DNA from: Planctomycetales bacterium
GTDB lineage: Bacteria > 4484-113
DNA: 25,125 nucleotides
Assembly: GCA_037445915.1 (NCBI GenBank)
Contig: JBBIJQ010000026.1
Span: 1 to 25,125 of the forward strand
Direction of reading: 5' to 3'
Shown here: one piece after another, positions 1 to 8,747 of the stretch
Numbering within the stretch: position 1 is the first letter of the stretch
How the letters are laid out: the number at the start of each line of letters is the position of its first letter
Translations under genes and position numbers: made by a program
Notes under the pieces: model-generated
Seen by the model: only the letters and a program-made list of their open reading frames with translations
Told to the model about the DNA's origin: nothing
Databases searched by the model: none

Positions 1-1
1 C

Positions 2-1570
2 CTCGCCGACCAACACTACAACACGTTCACACGCCGCTTCAAGCCGTTCCCCTTCCGCGTGGAGCTTCTGTCGCGTTTCAAGAAGCCGTCGGAAATCAAG
101 AAGATAATTGAGGAGACTACCGCGGGCCGCGTTGACGTCGTCATCGCAACGCACCGTGCTTTGGGCAAGGACGTGGAGTTCGCCAACATCGGGCTGCTCG
201 TCGTTGACGAGGAGCAGCGCTTCGGCGTGAAGCAAAAAGAGTCGCTGAAGATGCGCTTCCCCAACATTGACGTGCTCACGCTCACGGCGACGCCCATCCC
301 GCGCACGCTGCGCCTGTCGCTGCTCGGGCTCATGGATATATCGCTGCTGGAGACGCCGCCCACGAACCGCAAGGCTGTGAAGACCTACGTCGGCGAATAC
401 AACGAGCACCTTGTGCGCGACGCAATCCTCAAGGAAATTGGGCGCGGCGGGCAAGTATATTTCCTGCACAACCGCGTGCAGGACCTGCACATCGTGGAAA
501 AGCGCCTGCGCGAGATTTTGCCTGACGTGCCCATCGGCGTAGCGCACGGCCAGCTTCCCGAGCGCAAGCTGGAAGAGATGATGGACGCCTTCAGCATCGG
601 CGCGTTCAAGATTCTCCTCGCCACGACCATCATTGAAAACGGGCTGGACATCCCCAGTGTCAACACGCTCATCGTTGACCGCGGCGAACTGCTGGGCCTC
701 GCGCAGATGCACCAGCTTCGCGGGCGAGTTGGGCGAAGCCACGTCAAGGCGTTCGCTTACTTTTTCCATGCACCGCAGGCCGCGCTGTCCGGCGAAGCGC
801 GCGAACGGCTCCGCGCAATCTACAACTATGCATACCTCGGCGCGGGATACGAAATCGCGCAGCAGGATTTGAACATACGCGGCGCGGGCACGCTTCTCGG
901 CACCGACCAAAGCGGCACCATTGAGCTGGTTGGCATGGACTACTACCTGGAGATGCTCTGCGAAGCGGTGGAGAAAATAAAGGACCTGCCCGAGGACTTC
1001 GTGGACACCGGCGAGGTGCAGTGGGAAAGCGAGCAGCGCGCCGTGCAGGTTGACCTGCCCCTGGCGTGCTTCATACCCGACGATTACATCTCCGACACCG
1101 CGCTGCGCATGCGCATCTACCGCCGCATCGCCGAATGCAAGGACGAGGCGGAATGCGCCGCGCTGGAAGAGGAGCTGCGCGACCGCTTCGGCGACCCCGG
1201 GCTGCCGGTGCGCAACCTATTCTTCGTGCAGCGCGTGAAGCTCGCCTGCCGCGCCGCCGGGGTCATGCAGATTAGCTACATCCCCGCGCAGATGAAGCTC
1301 TCGCTCGTGTTCGGCGACGCCAAGCCCCGCCCGTGGCTGCAAAAGCTCATGATGCTTGACTCGCGCGTGAAGGTCATCGCCGGCGGCGGCATGCGCCAGG
1401 GCACCGCGAGCGGGCAGACCTTCAGTGAAAGCGCAGCGACATCCTCCACCGCCTCCCTTCCCCCCGGCGAGCACATCGCCGCCCGCATCCCCCACGACGA
1501 CCGCTTCCGCGACGAAGTCTCCGAAATCTTGGAGCGCGTGTTGAGGCTATTAGGCGGGGACGGCCAGTAG
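2..1570 (+). CDS. mfd: Transcription-repair coupling factor, 5'-truncated by window edge
   Basis: Frame open from base 2 (LADQHYNTF..VELLSRF); SF2 helicase motifs VDEEQRFGV, LTATPIPRT, AHGQL, QLRGRVGR, TRG motif DLNIRGAG, C-terminal TRCF segment (IPDDYI..R..IYRRIA..ELRDRFG). Confidence 0.97.
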   Translation, partial: LADQHYNTFTRRFKPFPFRVELLSRFKKPSEIKKIIEETTAGRVDVVIATHRALGKDVEFANIGLLVVDEEQRFGVKQKESLKMRFPNIDVLTLTATPIPRTLRLSLLGLMDISLLETPPTNRKAVKTYVGEYNEHLVRDAILKEIGRGGQVYFLHNRVQDLHIVEKRLREILPDVPIGVAHGQLPERKLEEMMDAFSIGAFKILLATTIIENGLDIPSVNTLIVDRGELLGLAQMHQLRGRVGRSHVKAFAYFFHAPQAALSGEARERLRAIYNYAYLGAGYEIAQQDLNIRGAGTLLGTDQSGTIELVGMDYYLEMLCEAVEKIKDLPEDFVDTGEVQWESEQRAVQVDLPLACFIPDDYISDTALRMRIYRRIAECKDEAECAALEEELRDRFGDPGLPVRNLFFVQRVKLACRAAGVMQISYIPAQMKLSLVFGDAKPRPWLQKLMMLDSRVKVIAGGGMRQGTASGQTFSESAATSSTASLPPGEHIAARIPHDDRFRDEVSEILERVLRLLGGDGQ

Positions 1571-1573
1571 CCT

Positions 1574-2971
1574 CTATGGATTTACCGTAATCGCAAGCTT
1601 GGCTTCGTCAGCAGTCACATCGCCGTCGCCGTTAAGGTCTAAGCCCATGTGGGAGAAGTAATATTCCGTTAGGCTGAGATCTGAATAATAGGTACGCTTA
1701 ACATCGCGGAATTGCACTAGCTCAAGCTGGGTTGTTCCCGGCTGTGAAGCCGTGAACGGAACAGTGACGGCGCTGCCTTGTCCAAGAACTACTTCGTTGT
1801 TTAGCCCGAGTTGGGTGACGTTAATGTCAAAGTAATTGCCATCGGACGAACCCGCACAATAGAGCAATGTCATCCCAGAAAAGAACGTGCCAGACGGAAG
1901 ATCTACCATCCAGTCGCCCGGACTTGCGAGAATAGTGCTGCTTTTCAATATTTCAGCGCCGTTCAGGTTCGCCAGCGGCGACGCGTTTTGGTAGATGTAA
2001 ACGGTGACATATACGGTCTCGCCGACGTTATAGGCTGACTTGTCGCTTAGCAAGTAGATGCTGTCCGGCAGGGCATCCGCGAACGGTTCAAGCACGGTGT
2101 AAGAAAAAGGATATGTAACGGAGGATGTCCCTATGAAGAGAGTAAAGACACCCTCGTAATCACCAGGGCTGCCCAGCACAACTTCCGGCGCCCAGTCGGT
2201 CGACGCGTTGGGAGCCGCTCCTCCGCCGAAATCCCACGACATAGAATCAGGGCTGATGCCTTGACGGACGTTCGCCGTGAACTTAACAATTGACTCCGCC
2301 CAGCCTGATTGTGGCGCAACTCCGTTGACGGCTGGAAGGCAGACCACATTGCTTAATTCGCCGGCTGATAAATCCGCGCTTACCGGCACAACCGCAGTAT
2401 ACACAAGCGCCCCGGAAGGCAGAAATACATCCCAAGCCTTGGGGAAGCTTGAATCCCCGAATGCAACGGTTCCGATGCTGCTATAAGGTCCGCCTTCATT
2501 GGCAGACGTCATGATGTAGTACTCCGTAACTTCGCTTAAGAATCCCATTGCGATTGGCGTGATATCGCTAATCCCGACTGCGCCGTCTCCGTCGCCGTCA
2601 ACCCATGACTCGAGCGCATCGTTCCCCTGGCCGTCATCGGTGTCGGCGCCAAAGTGCATCGCTATCGGCGTTATGTCGGAGACGCCGACCGCGCCGTTAA
2701 GGTCATAGTCTCCCCGGTTCACGTAAGTCCACTGGAGCTTGTAGAAGCCGCCGATTAATTGGAGCTCTAAGTCGGCAACTTTCCCTGCTGCGCCCTGCGG
2801 AGCCGCCAACGCTAGCTTCGGCGGATTATCAGCGGCTTCACGCACAGGCGAAAGGCTTGGCCCTTCACAGCCAGACAGCGTTAAGGCGAATGAGCACAGG
2901 AGCCAAAGAAGTAGAACGGCGGGTGCGCAGCGAAGAACTTTCAATCCCGCTCTCCTTGTAATTCCCATCAT
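1574..2971 (-). CDS. Secreted lipoprotein with duplicated dockerin-like Ca-binding motif, PKD-like and cohesin-like beta-sandwich domains (~465 aa)
   Basis: Start re-set to ATG 2971 (or 2968): MMGITRR..LLLWLLCSFALTLSGC lipobox; repeats GDYDLNGAVGVSDITPIAMHF and VDGDGDGAVGISDITPIAMGF; WDFGGG PKD-like motif; C-terminal YNVGETVYVTV..VTVPFTASQPGTTQLEL. The ORF-track extension to 3424 is antisense to lysS. Confidence 0.75.
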   Translation of the reverse strand: MMGITRRAGLKVLRCAPAVLLLWLLCSFALTLSGCEGPSLSPVREAADNPPKLALAAPQGAAGKVADLELQLIGGFYKLQWTYVNRGDYDLNGAVGVSDITPIAMHFGADTDDGQGNDALESWVDGDGDGAVGISDITPIAMGFLSEVTEYYIMTSANEGGPYSSIGTVAFGDSSFPKAWDVFLPSGALVYTAVVPVSADLSAGELSNVVCLPAVNGVAPQSGWAESIVKFTANVRQGISPDSMSWDFGGGAAPNASTDWAPEVVLGSPGDYEGVFTLFIGTSSVTYPFSYTVLEPFADALPDSIYLLSDKSAYNVGETVYVTVYIYQNASPLANLNGAEILKSSTILASPGDWMVDLPSGTFFSGMTLLYCAGSSDGNYFDINVTQLGLNNEVVLGQGSAVTVPFTASQPGTTQLELVQFRDVKRTYYSDLSLTEYYFSHMGLDLNGDGDVTADEAKLAITVNP

Positions 2972-2976
2972 TACAT

Positions 2977-2985
2977 AGTTTACCA
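2977..2985 (-). promoter_or_regulatory. Extended -10 box TGGTAAACT, 5-8 nt before lipoprotein start codon
   Basis: TGnTAnnnT match; no Shine-Dalgarno between box and ATG. Confidence 0.5.
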
Positions 2986-3083
2986 CGGCGGTATAACAAG
3001 GATCGTCAAACCTTCGTGCGCTTAGAGCGCCGAACCGCATTGGGCAAATGCTGATGTCCATATCACACCTTGACATTGGCAGC

Positions 3084-3114
3084 TTGCACTTCTTGTTAGC
3101 GGGCAAGCTATAAT
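3084..3114 (+). promoter_or_regulatory. Putative sigma70 promoter of lysS
   Basis: Perfect TATAAT at 3109-3114; TTGCAC at 3084-3089 (19-nt spacer, suboptimal). Confidence 0.45.
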
Positions 3115-3143
3115 CATCTTCATCCCATTGTGGGAATAACGAT

Positions 3144-4640
3144 ATGCCTAAACTGACGCCGTATGAGGAAGAGAGGCTGCCGCAGGCGCAGCCGCCGCCG
3201 GACGACCAAAGCGGGATGCGCCGCTGGAAGCTGCGCCGCCTGAAGGAAGCCGGGCGCGACCCGTTCGCGCGGGTGCGCTTTGACAGGACGCACACCATCG
3301 CCGAACTGCTGCCCGGCTTTGACGAGAAGGCCGGCCTGAAGGTGCGCCTCGCGGGGCGCATCATGGCCAAGCGCATGCACGGCAAGGCGCTGTTCTTGGA
3401 CTTGGCCGACCAGGACGGGCGCATGCAGGCCTACGCGAACGTGGACGCGCTGGGCGCGGAGGGCTTCGCGGAACTGGAAAACGCCGACCTCGGCGACATC
3501 ATCGGCGTGGAGGGCGAGCTGTTCAGAACGCGCACGGGGCAGGAATCGGTGAAGCTCGCGGCGTGGGAGTTGCTTACGAAGTCGTTGGAGCCGCTGCCGG
3601 AGAAGTGGCACGGCCTGACCGACCAGGAACTTAAATACCGCAAGCGCTACCTTGACCTCATCGCCACGCCGGAGGCGCGCGAGCGCTTCAAGATGCGCAG
3701 CAAGATGGTCGCGAAGATGCGCAACTTCCTGGACGACCGGGGCTTCCTGGAGTTTGAAACGCCGGTGCTGGAGCCGATATGCGGTGGGGCGACCGCCGAG
3801 CCGTTCATTACGCACTGGAACGCGCTGGACAACGACTTTTACCTGCGCATCGCGACCGAGCTTCGCCTGAAGCGCCTCATCGTCGGCGGCTTTGAGCGCG
3901 TTTATGAAATCGGGCGCATCTTCCGCAACGAAGGGCTGGACACGAAGCACAACCCCGAGTTCACGATGCTTGAGCTTTACTGGGCTTATACCGACTACAA
4001 CGACATAATGCAGCTAACGCAGGACATGATCGTGCACCTCTGCGACGAATGCCTCGGCACGCGCAAGATTATGTTTGAGAACAAGGAGCTTTCGTTTGAG
4101 CCGCCGTTTGCGCGCGTGCAGTTTGAGGACTTGATGAAGCAATACGCGGGCGCGGGCGTTGCGGACATGCCCGACTTGGATGCGGCGAAAGCAGTGGCGA
4201 AGAAGCTCAACATTGAATTTGATAAGTCATACGGCTACGAAAAAGTGCTTGACCGCATCTGGTCGGAGGCGGTGGAGCCGAATTTGGTGCAGCCCACGTT
4301 CGTCATGGACTACCCGGTAGCCATTTCGCCGCTTGCCAAGCGCATTCCCGACCGGCCGCAGTTCGCCTACCGCTTTGAATTATTCGCGGCGTGCGCGGAG
4401 TTGGCAAACGCGTTTTCGGAGCTAAACGACCCGGTTGAGCAGCGCATGCGCATGGAAGCGCAGATAGCGCGCGCGACCGAAGGCTACCGCGAGCTGGACG
4501 AGAATTTCCTGGACGCGCTGGAGCACGGCATGCCACCGACAGGCGGGCTGGGCGTCGGGATTGAACGGCTGCTGATGGCGCTTTTGGGCGAGCCGAGCAT
4601 CCGCGAGGTCATCGTCTTCCCGCAGCTTCGCAAGGAATAG
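3144..4640 (+). CDS. lysS: Lysine--tRNA ligase, class II
   Basis: OB-fold AGRIMAKRMHGKALF, PLPEKWHGL, YRKRYLDL, YLRIATELRLKRL, motif 2 FRNEGLDTKHNPEFT, motif 3 GMPPTGGLGVGIERL. Confidence 0.98.
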   Translation: MPKLTPYEEERLPQAQPPPDDQSGMRRWKLRRLKEAGRDPFARVRFDRTHTIAELLPGFDEKAGLKVRLAGRIMAKRMHGKALFLDLADQDGRMQAYANVDALGAEGFAELENADLGDIIGVEGELFRTRTGQESVKLAAWELLTKSLEPLPEKWHGLTDQELKYRKRYLDLIATPEARERFKMRSKMVAKMRNFLDDRGFLEFETPVLEPICGGATAEPFITHWNALDNDFYLRIATELRLKRLIVGGFERVYEIGRIFRNEGLDTKHNPEFTMLELYWAYTDYNDIMQLTQDMIVHLCDECLGTRKIMFENKELSFEPPFARVQFEDLMKQYAGAGVADMPDLDAAKAVAKKLNIEFDKSYGYEKVLDRIWSEAVEPNLVQPTFVMDYPVAISPLAKRIPDRPQFAYRFELFAACAELANAFSELNDPVEQRMRMEAQIARATEGYRELDENFLDALEHGMPPTGGLGVGIERLLMALLGEPSIREVIVFPQLRKE

Positions 4641-4642
4641 CG

Positions 4643-5335
4643 CTACTCGCCTGAGATAATTTCGCGCGCGGCGTTGGACGCCGCTTCGCTAGTGAAGCCC
4701 GCGCTGATGAGCTTCGCGCGGATCTTATCCATGTATTTCATCTTGAGCTTATACTCAACGCCCTTCGCGCCACCTGCCTTCTTTACTTTCTCATCATCCG
4801 CCAGCGTGCGCTCAAGCTCGCGCTGCATTCTCTCGCGGTAGCCTGCGGCATACTTGCGGGTGAACTTAGCGATTTGCACGGCCTCATATTCGGGTGTTGC
4901 CAATTCAGCTACCAGCCTGCGCGCCTCATCCAACGCCATGCCACGCTTCGCCAGCTCGGAGATAATCTTGCGCGCGCCGTTCATGCCGCTGGAGGTCTTC
5001 TCGCGCACAAGCGATTTTGCCGCGCGCATGTCGTCAAGAAGCCCGTCAGCGCGAAGCTCCCTGAGCACCCGCCCTATCACCTGCGGCGGAATACCGCGCT
5101 GAGTAAGCTTGTCCCGTAGTTCCTTGCTGAAGTGTTCGCGGCGGCCAAGCGCCCGCAGGCAGTAATCTCTCGCGTGCAGGTAATCCGATGCCTCTGCCAG
5201 CAGGTTCACCTGGGCTTCGGTTAGCTCCACCGCCAGCCAGTCTTCAGCTTCGGCCGCCCAGAAGGCGCGCCCGTCTTCAAGGCGCAGCTCCCAGCACCCC
5301 TTCGCTGCCAGAAAGCGGCGTGATTTTACTTCCAT
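4643..5335 (-). CDS. recX: Regulatory protein RecX family
   Basis: ALGRREHFSKELRDKL..G..L...GLLDD, G.RKI..EL..RG and C-terminal L...GF helical repeats typical of RecX. Confidence 0.85.
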   Translation of the reverse strand: MEVKSRRFLAAKGCWELRLEDGRAFWAAEAEDWLAVELTEAQVNLLAEASDYLHARDYCLRALGRREHFSKELRDKLTQRGIPPQVIGRVLRELRADGLLDDMRAAKSLVREKTSSGMNGARKIISELAKRGMALDEARRLVAELATPEYEAVQIAKFTRKYAAGYRERMQRELERTLADDEKVKKAGGAKGVEYKLKMKYMDKIRAKLISAGFTSEAASNAAREIISGE

Positions 5336-5344
5336 GCCAATGTG

Positions 5345-5350
5345 ATTATA
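5345..5350 (-). promoter_or_regulatory. -10 box TATAAT, 9 nt before recX ATG
   Basis: Perfect hexamer, no Shine-Dalgarno in the 9-nt gap. Confidence 0.5.
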
Positions 5351-5380
5351 CGGTTTCGGGAACTCGGCTGCGAAAAGACC

Positions 5381-5409
5381 TTGCCTAAATCACAATGATG
5401 GGTTATACT
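5381..5409 (+). promoter_or_regulatory. sigma70 promoter upstream of cytidylyltransferase gene
   Basis: TTGCCT (5381-5386) - 17 nt - TATACT (5404-5409). Confidence 0.65.
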
Positions 5410-5440
5410 GGAGCCGTTGCTTATGAACGTACTCCTACAA

Positions 5441-5485
5441 AGGTACAGGTGCGCGGTTCCGGTGCCGCACCTGGCCTATTTTTTT
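5441..5485 (+). terminator. Intrinsic terminator-like hairpin inside the 5' leader (candidate attenuator)
   Basis: CAGGTGCG (5446-5453) pairs with CGCACCTG (5466-5473), extended by AGGT/GCCT, followed by A-T7 (5478-5485); lies between promoter and RBS AAGGAG (5492-5497). Confidence 0.6.
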
Positions 5486-5504
5486 ATACCCAAGGAGCTG
5501 ATGG

Positions 5505-6245
5505 ATGAAGAAGGTCGTAATCCTGCAGGCGCGGATTAGTTCGTCTCGATTGCCCCGCCGCGTGCTCTTAGAGCTCGCAGGCAGACCTATTATCCATCAC
5601 ATTTTAGACCGTTTAGAAACCTCTAAGGAAGCAGACGAGATCTGCGTCGCCATCCCTGATGTCGCCGTGGACGATGAGCTTGCTGAAGCCTTGCAGGGGC
5701 GTAACATTCGCCTAGTGCGCGGCCCGGAAAACGATGTCCTGACCCGCTTTACAATCGCCGCATATGACACTCACGCCGATATCGTCATCCGCGCAACCGC
5801 CGACAACCCGCTGGTGGACATTGGTCTGATGGACGAGCAGATACGCTATATCGTCACCAATGCCGATACCGACTACGTGTTCACTAAGGGCTTGCCGCTG
5901 GGCGTTTCCACCGAGACTTTCACGCGCAAGACGCTGGACAAGCTGGAATACCTGGCGCGCACGCCGCTGATGCGCGAGCATGTGACCTACTACCTGGTTC
6001 AGAACCCAGCGCCGTTCAGCGTGGTTCACCTTAACCCTCCGCCGGAGATGGCGCACCCGGAGCTAAGGTTAACGCTGGATACGCGCGAAGACATGGAATT
6101 GTTCCAGGCGATTTACAACGAGTTCTACACTGCCGGGTCGCTGGTGAACACATCGGAAGTCGTCAGCTACTTGCTGGACAGGCCCGAGCTTATCAAGCTA
6201 AACGAGCAGGTCAGGCAAGTTCCTGCTTGCCGGGCTTTGGCGTAA
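5505..6245 (+). CDS. SpsF-like nucleotidyl(cytidylyl)transferase family protein
   Basis: ILQARISSSRLP..VL, RGPENDVLTRF, IRATADNPL, REHVT.Y, RLTLDT.ED are SpsF/CMP-sugar synthetase-family motifs; RBS AAGGAG. Confidence 0.85.
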   Translation: MKKVVILQARISSSRLPRRVLLELAGRPIIHHILDRLETSKEADEICVAIPDVAVDDELAEALQGRNIRLVRGPENDVLTRFTIAAYDTHADIVIRATADNPLVDIGLMDEQIRYIVTNADTDYVFTKGLPLGVSTETFTRKTLDKLEYLARTPLMREHVTYYLVQNPAPFSVVHLNPPPEMAHPELRLTLDTREDMELFQAIYNEFYTAGSLVNTSEVVSYLLDRPELIKLNEQVRQVPACRALA

Positions 6246-6606
6246 GCCGGCTTACCCACACGGCTGCGAAGTAAGCCAGCAAGGGCAGCGACAGCATCGC
6301 CATTTCCGCATTAAAACCCTGCGCATAACTCAGCTTGCTCAAGTCAATGCTGCGCACGAGGGCTATGTTCCCCGCATTCACCGCGAGAATCGTCCAAGCA
6401 AGCGTTAGTATCGGCGCTTTGCTGGAGCCGAAGTAATACCATGCTGCGGCGGGGAAAAAGAGCGCTGCTCCGCCAAGTATGGTGGTTAGCCACCACAGGC
6501 GAGGCGCATAGAGCCAATCCCCTCCCCAAAAGACGGCATAGTGCACCAGCGACATTGATGCCAACAGCATCACCAGCGGCGGCCCAAATCTCGTCAGCTT
6601 GCGCAC
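6211..6606 (-). CDS. Small hypothetical membrane protein (~4 TM helices)
   Basis: Four hydrophobic segments; GTG 6606 preceded at 6 nt by extended -10 TGCTATACT (6613-6621); 3' end overlaps the convergent gene by 35 nt. Confidence 0.6.
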   Translation of the reverse strand: MRKLTRFGPPLVMLLASMSLVHYAVFWGGDWLYAPRLWWLTTILGGAALFFPAAAWYYFGSSKAPILTLAWTILAVNAGNIALVRSIDLSKLSYAQGFNAEMAMLSLPLLAYFAAVWVSRLTPKPGKQELA

Positions 6607-6694
6607 GTGGGAAGTATAGCAGAGGGAACTGCTTCGTTTGACGCAATCTCCCTGCTTCAATAAAATAATGGTTCATACCATATCCGGGGGGCTG

Positions 6695-8716
6695 ATGGAC
6701 AAGTTATATATTGTGCTGCTGATAGCCGTGCTGGCGGTTCTCGCCGGCGGATTGCTCACGCTGCGCGTCCAGCAAGCCGCGCCCGGAGGCGAGAAGCTTC
6801 GTTGGGCAGGCGGCGCGCTCAGGAGGGCCGCTTTCCCCTTCGCCATCCGCGCGACCATCGCCCTGGGAGCGCTCGGCGTTCTCCTCTTCCTCTTCTTCGC
6901 ATTCATCCCCGGCTTGTCGCTGCGCCTGGCGTTCTCGGCGCTCATCGGCGTCGCAGCTTCGCTTTTTGCTGCGCACGTTTCCCTCCATGCCGGCGTCCGC
7001 GGAATCACCAATGCAGCGGCGGCTGCAACCCGCAGCCCGGCGGTGGTCGTGCGCAAGGCGATGGCGGCAGGCGCCGCCGGTGGCTTCACCGCGGCTGGAA
7101 TCGCATTGCTCGCGCTCGCGGCACTGGTCATGGTATTAGCACGCGGGGCAGAAGCCGCGGTCTTAGGCGAGATGTTGCTGCAAAACCTCGCGGGCTTCGT
7201 GCTGGGAACATGCGCAGTCGCGATAGCCTTCCGCTGCGGCGGGGGCATAGCATCGCAGGCCGCGGCCATGGCGAAAGCGTCAGTGCCAAATGATATTCAG
7301 CTTGAAAGCGACCCTGCAAAGAACCCCGCAGAGATATGCGCCATCGGATGCGAAAGCATCAGCGGCCTGGGCGGACTCGCCGCCGAATACTGCACCGTCC
7401 TTTCAGCGTCGCTGGTCGCAGCGATGATACTTGGCGTCGTGGCGCTAAAATCTTCGCTAGGCACGGCCTACCCGCTTCTAATAGTTGCAGGCGGACTCAT
7501 GGCGTCGCTGTTATCAATGCTATGGGTGTTCCGCTCATCTGCTCAAAAGACGTTGTCTGCTGCGCGCGCGGGACAGCTTGTCGCGACGGTGTTGATGCTT
7601 CTGCTCGCGCTGCTAATCACGACACTCAGCCACATCCCAACCGGCATGTTCCTCGCGGTGCTTTTCGGCGCGGCCGCAGGAGGAATCATCGCGCTGGTTG
7701 ACGATTACTACGCTTACCTCAGAGCCAAGCCCGCGGGCTCTGAAACATCCCAAGACGGCGGATGGGCATTCCTGGACGCGCTTTGGGTAGGTTCGCGGTC
7801 ATCGCTGCTTCCCGTCATCACGCTTGCCTCCGCGGCAGTAGGGGCATTCGCGGTTTGCGGCGGGTTCAACGAGCCTGCGAAAGGAATGTTCGGGCTGTCG
7901 CTTGCGGCCGTAGGCGCTGTTGCGGCGGGAGCACATAGAATCGCTTCCCTAGCTTCAGCCTGCATCCTCAAGCAGGCTGCGAGCATCGCTCCTATCGCAG
8001 GGCTTGATGAGGGCAGCATTGCCACTCTCAACACACTCCAGGAGAGCTTGCCTTGCGCCTGCCACGTGCGGGGTCATTCAGCGGGTGTCTTTGCGCTGGC
8101 AGGGCTTGGGCTTTACGCCGCATTTACCCACAGCGCGAACCTTCCCGCTTCGGACTTGAACCAGCCGCTCGTGTTTGGAGGGCTTCTCATGGGCGCGACA
8201 CTTGTGTTATGGAGCGCAGGCGGCACGATGCGGGCGACAAGGCTGGCGGCCAAGTCGCTTATCACAGAAGTTCGGCGTCAGTTCGTGGAAATACCTGGGC
8301 TTTCCGAAGGGCAGGCTGAAGGTAACTATGAGCGCTGCTCGGAGATTGCGGCGGCGCACTCTATCAGGGGGCTGGGATATGCCAGCCTTGCGTTGGTTGT
8401 GGCTGCAGTTCTGCTGGGCGGAGTATTTCGCCTGCTCAAAGTATGGCTATACGCTGGGACAAGGTCGGCCGGCGGTGGCGAGTTTGCAGCTGGGATGATC
8501 GCCGGTGCGGTGCTTCTCTCGCTAGTCATCGGCTTGATGGCGGCGGAACTGGCCGGGACGATTAGCAGCCTGCGCAAGAATGCCGGCGACACGCCTGAAG
8601 GTGCTTTCACGGCATCCCTGGGCGCGGCAATCGCAAGCGCAGCATCGCCGATGCTGCTCTTCGCTCCGATTCTCCTCGCATCCGCTGCGCTGGCGTTCGC
8701 CGGATGGCTGCGCTAA
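6695..8716 (+). CDS. Membrane-bound H+/Na+-translocating pyrophosphatase (HppA) homologue, catalytic motifs degenerate
   Basis: 673 aa, highly hydrophobic; recognisable HppA landmarks in order: FRCGGGI, DPAKNPA.I, DYY, G.FGLSLAAVG, P.VFGGLLMGA, EVRRQFVEIPGL.EG.A..NY.RC..I. Start chosen at ATG 6695 after GGGGG. Confidence 0.8.
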   Translation: MDKLYIVLLIAVLAVLAGGLLTLRVQQAAPGGEKLRWAGGALRRAAFPFAIRATIALGALGVLLFLFFAFIPGLSLRLAFSALIGVAASLFAAHVSLHAGVRGITNAAAAATRSPAVVVRKAMAAGAAGGFTAAGIALLALAALVMVLARGAEAAVLGEMLLQNLAGFVLGTCAVAIAFRCGGGIASQAAAMAKASVPNDIQLESDPAKNPAEICAIGCESISGLGGLAAEYCTVLSASLVAAMILGVVALKSSLGTAYPLLIVAGGLMASLLSMLWVFRSSAQKTLSAARAGQLVATVLMLLLALLITTLSHIPTGMFLAVLFGAAAGGIIALVDDYYAYLRAKPAGSETSQDGGWAFLDALWVGSRSSLLPVITLASAAVGAFAVCGGFNEPAKGMFGLSLAAVGAVAAGAHRIASLASACILKQAASIAPIAGLDEGSIATLNTLQESLPCACHVRGHSAGVFALAGLGLYAAFTHSANLPASDLNQPLVFGGLLMGATLVLWSAGGTMRATRLAAKSLITEVRRQFVEIPGLSEGQAEGNYERCSEIAAAHSIRGLGYASLALVVAAVLLGGVFRLLKVWLYAGTRSAGGGEFAAGMIAGAVLLSLVIGLMAAELAGTISSLRKNAGDTPEGAFTASLGAAIASAASPMLLFAPILLASAALAFAGWLR

Positions 8717-8730
8717 GGCTTGAGCGCGTG

Positions 8731-8739
8731 TGTTATGAT
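8731..8739 (+). promoter_or_regulatory. Extended -10 box TGTTATGAT, 8 nt before selD GTG
   Basis: TGnTATGAT match, no Shine-Dalgarno before GTG 8748. Confidence 0.55.
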
Positions 8740-8747
8740 TGACAGCC

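Noticed and set aside
2972-3424. N-terminal 150 aa of the 616-aa ORF
   Set aside because: Antisense to lysS and spanning the promoter region; the signal peptide and a -10 box place the real start at 2971/2968.
5505-6245. kdsB call for the cytidylyltransferase
   Set aside because: QAR, RG..NDVL.RF and REHVT motifs fit the SpsF subfamily, not KdsB (IPAR..STR, SGTDR), and it is not in the kdsA transcription unit.
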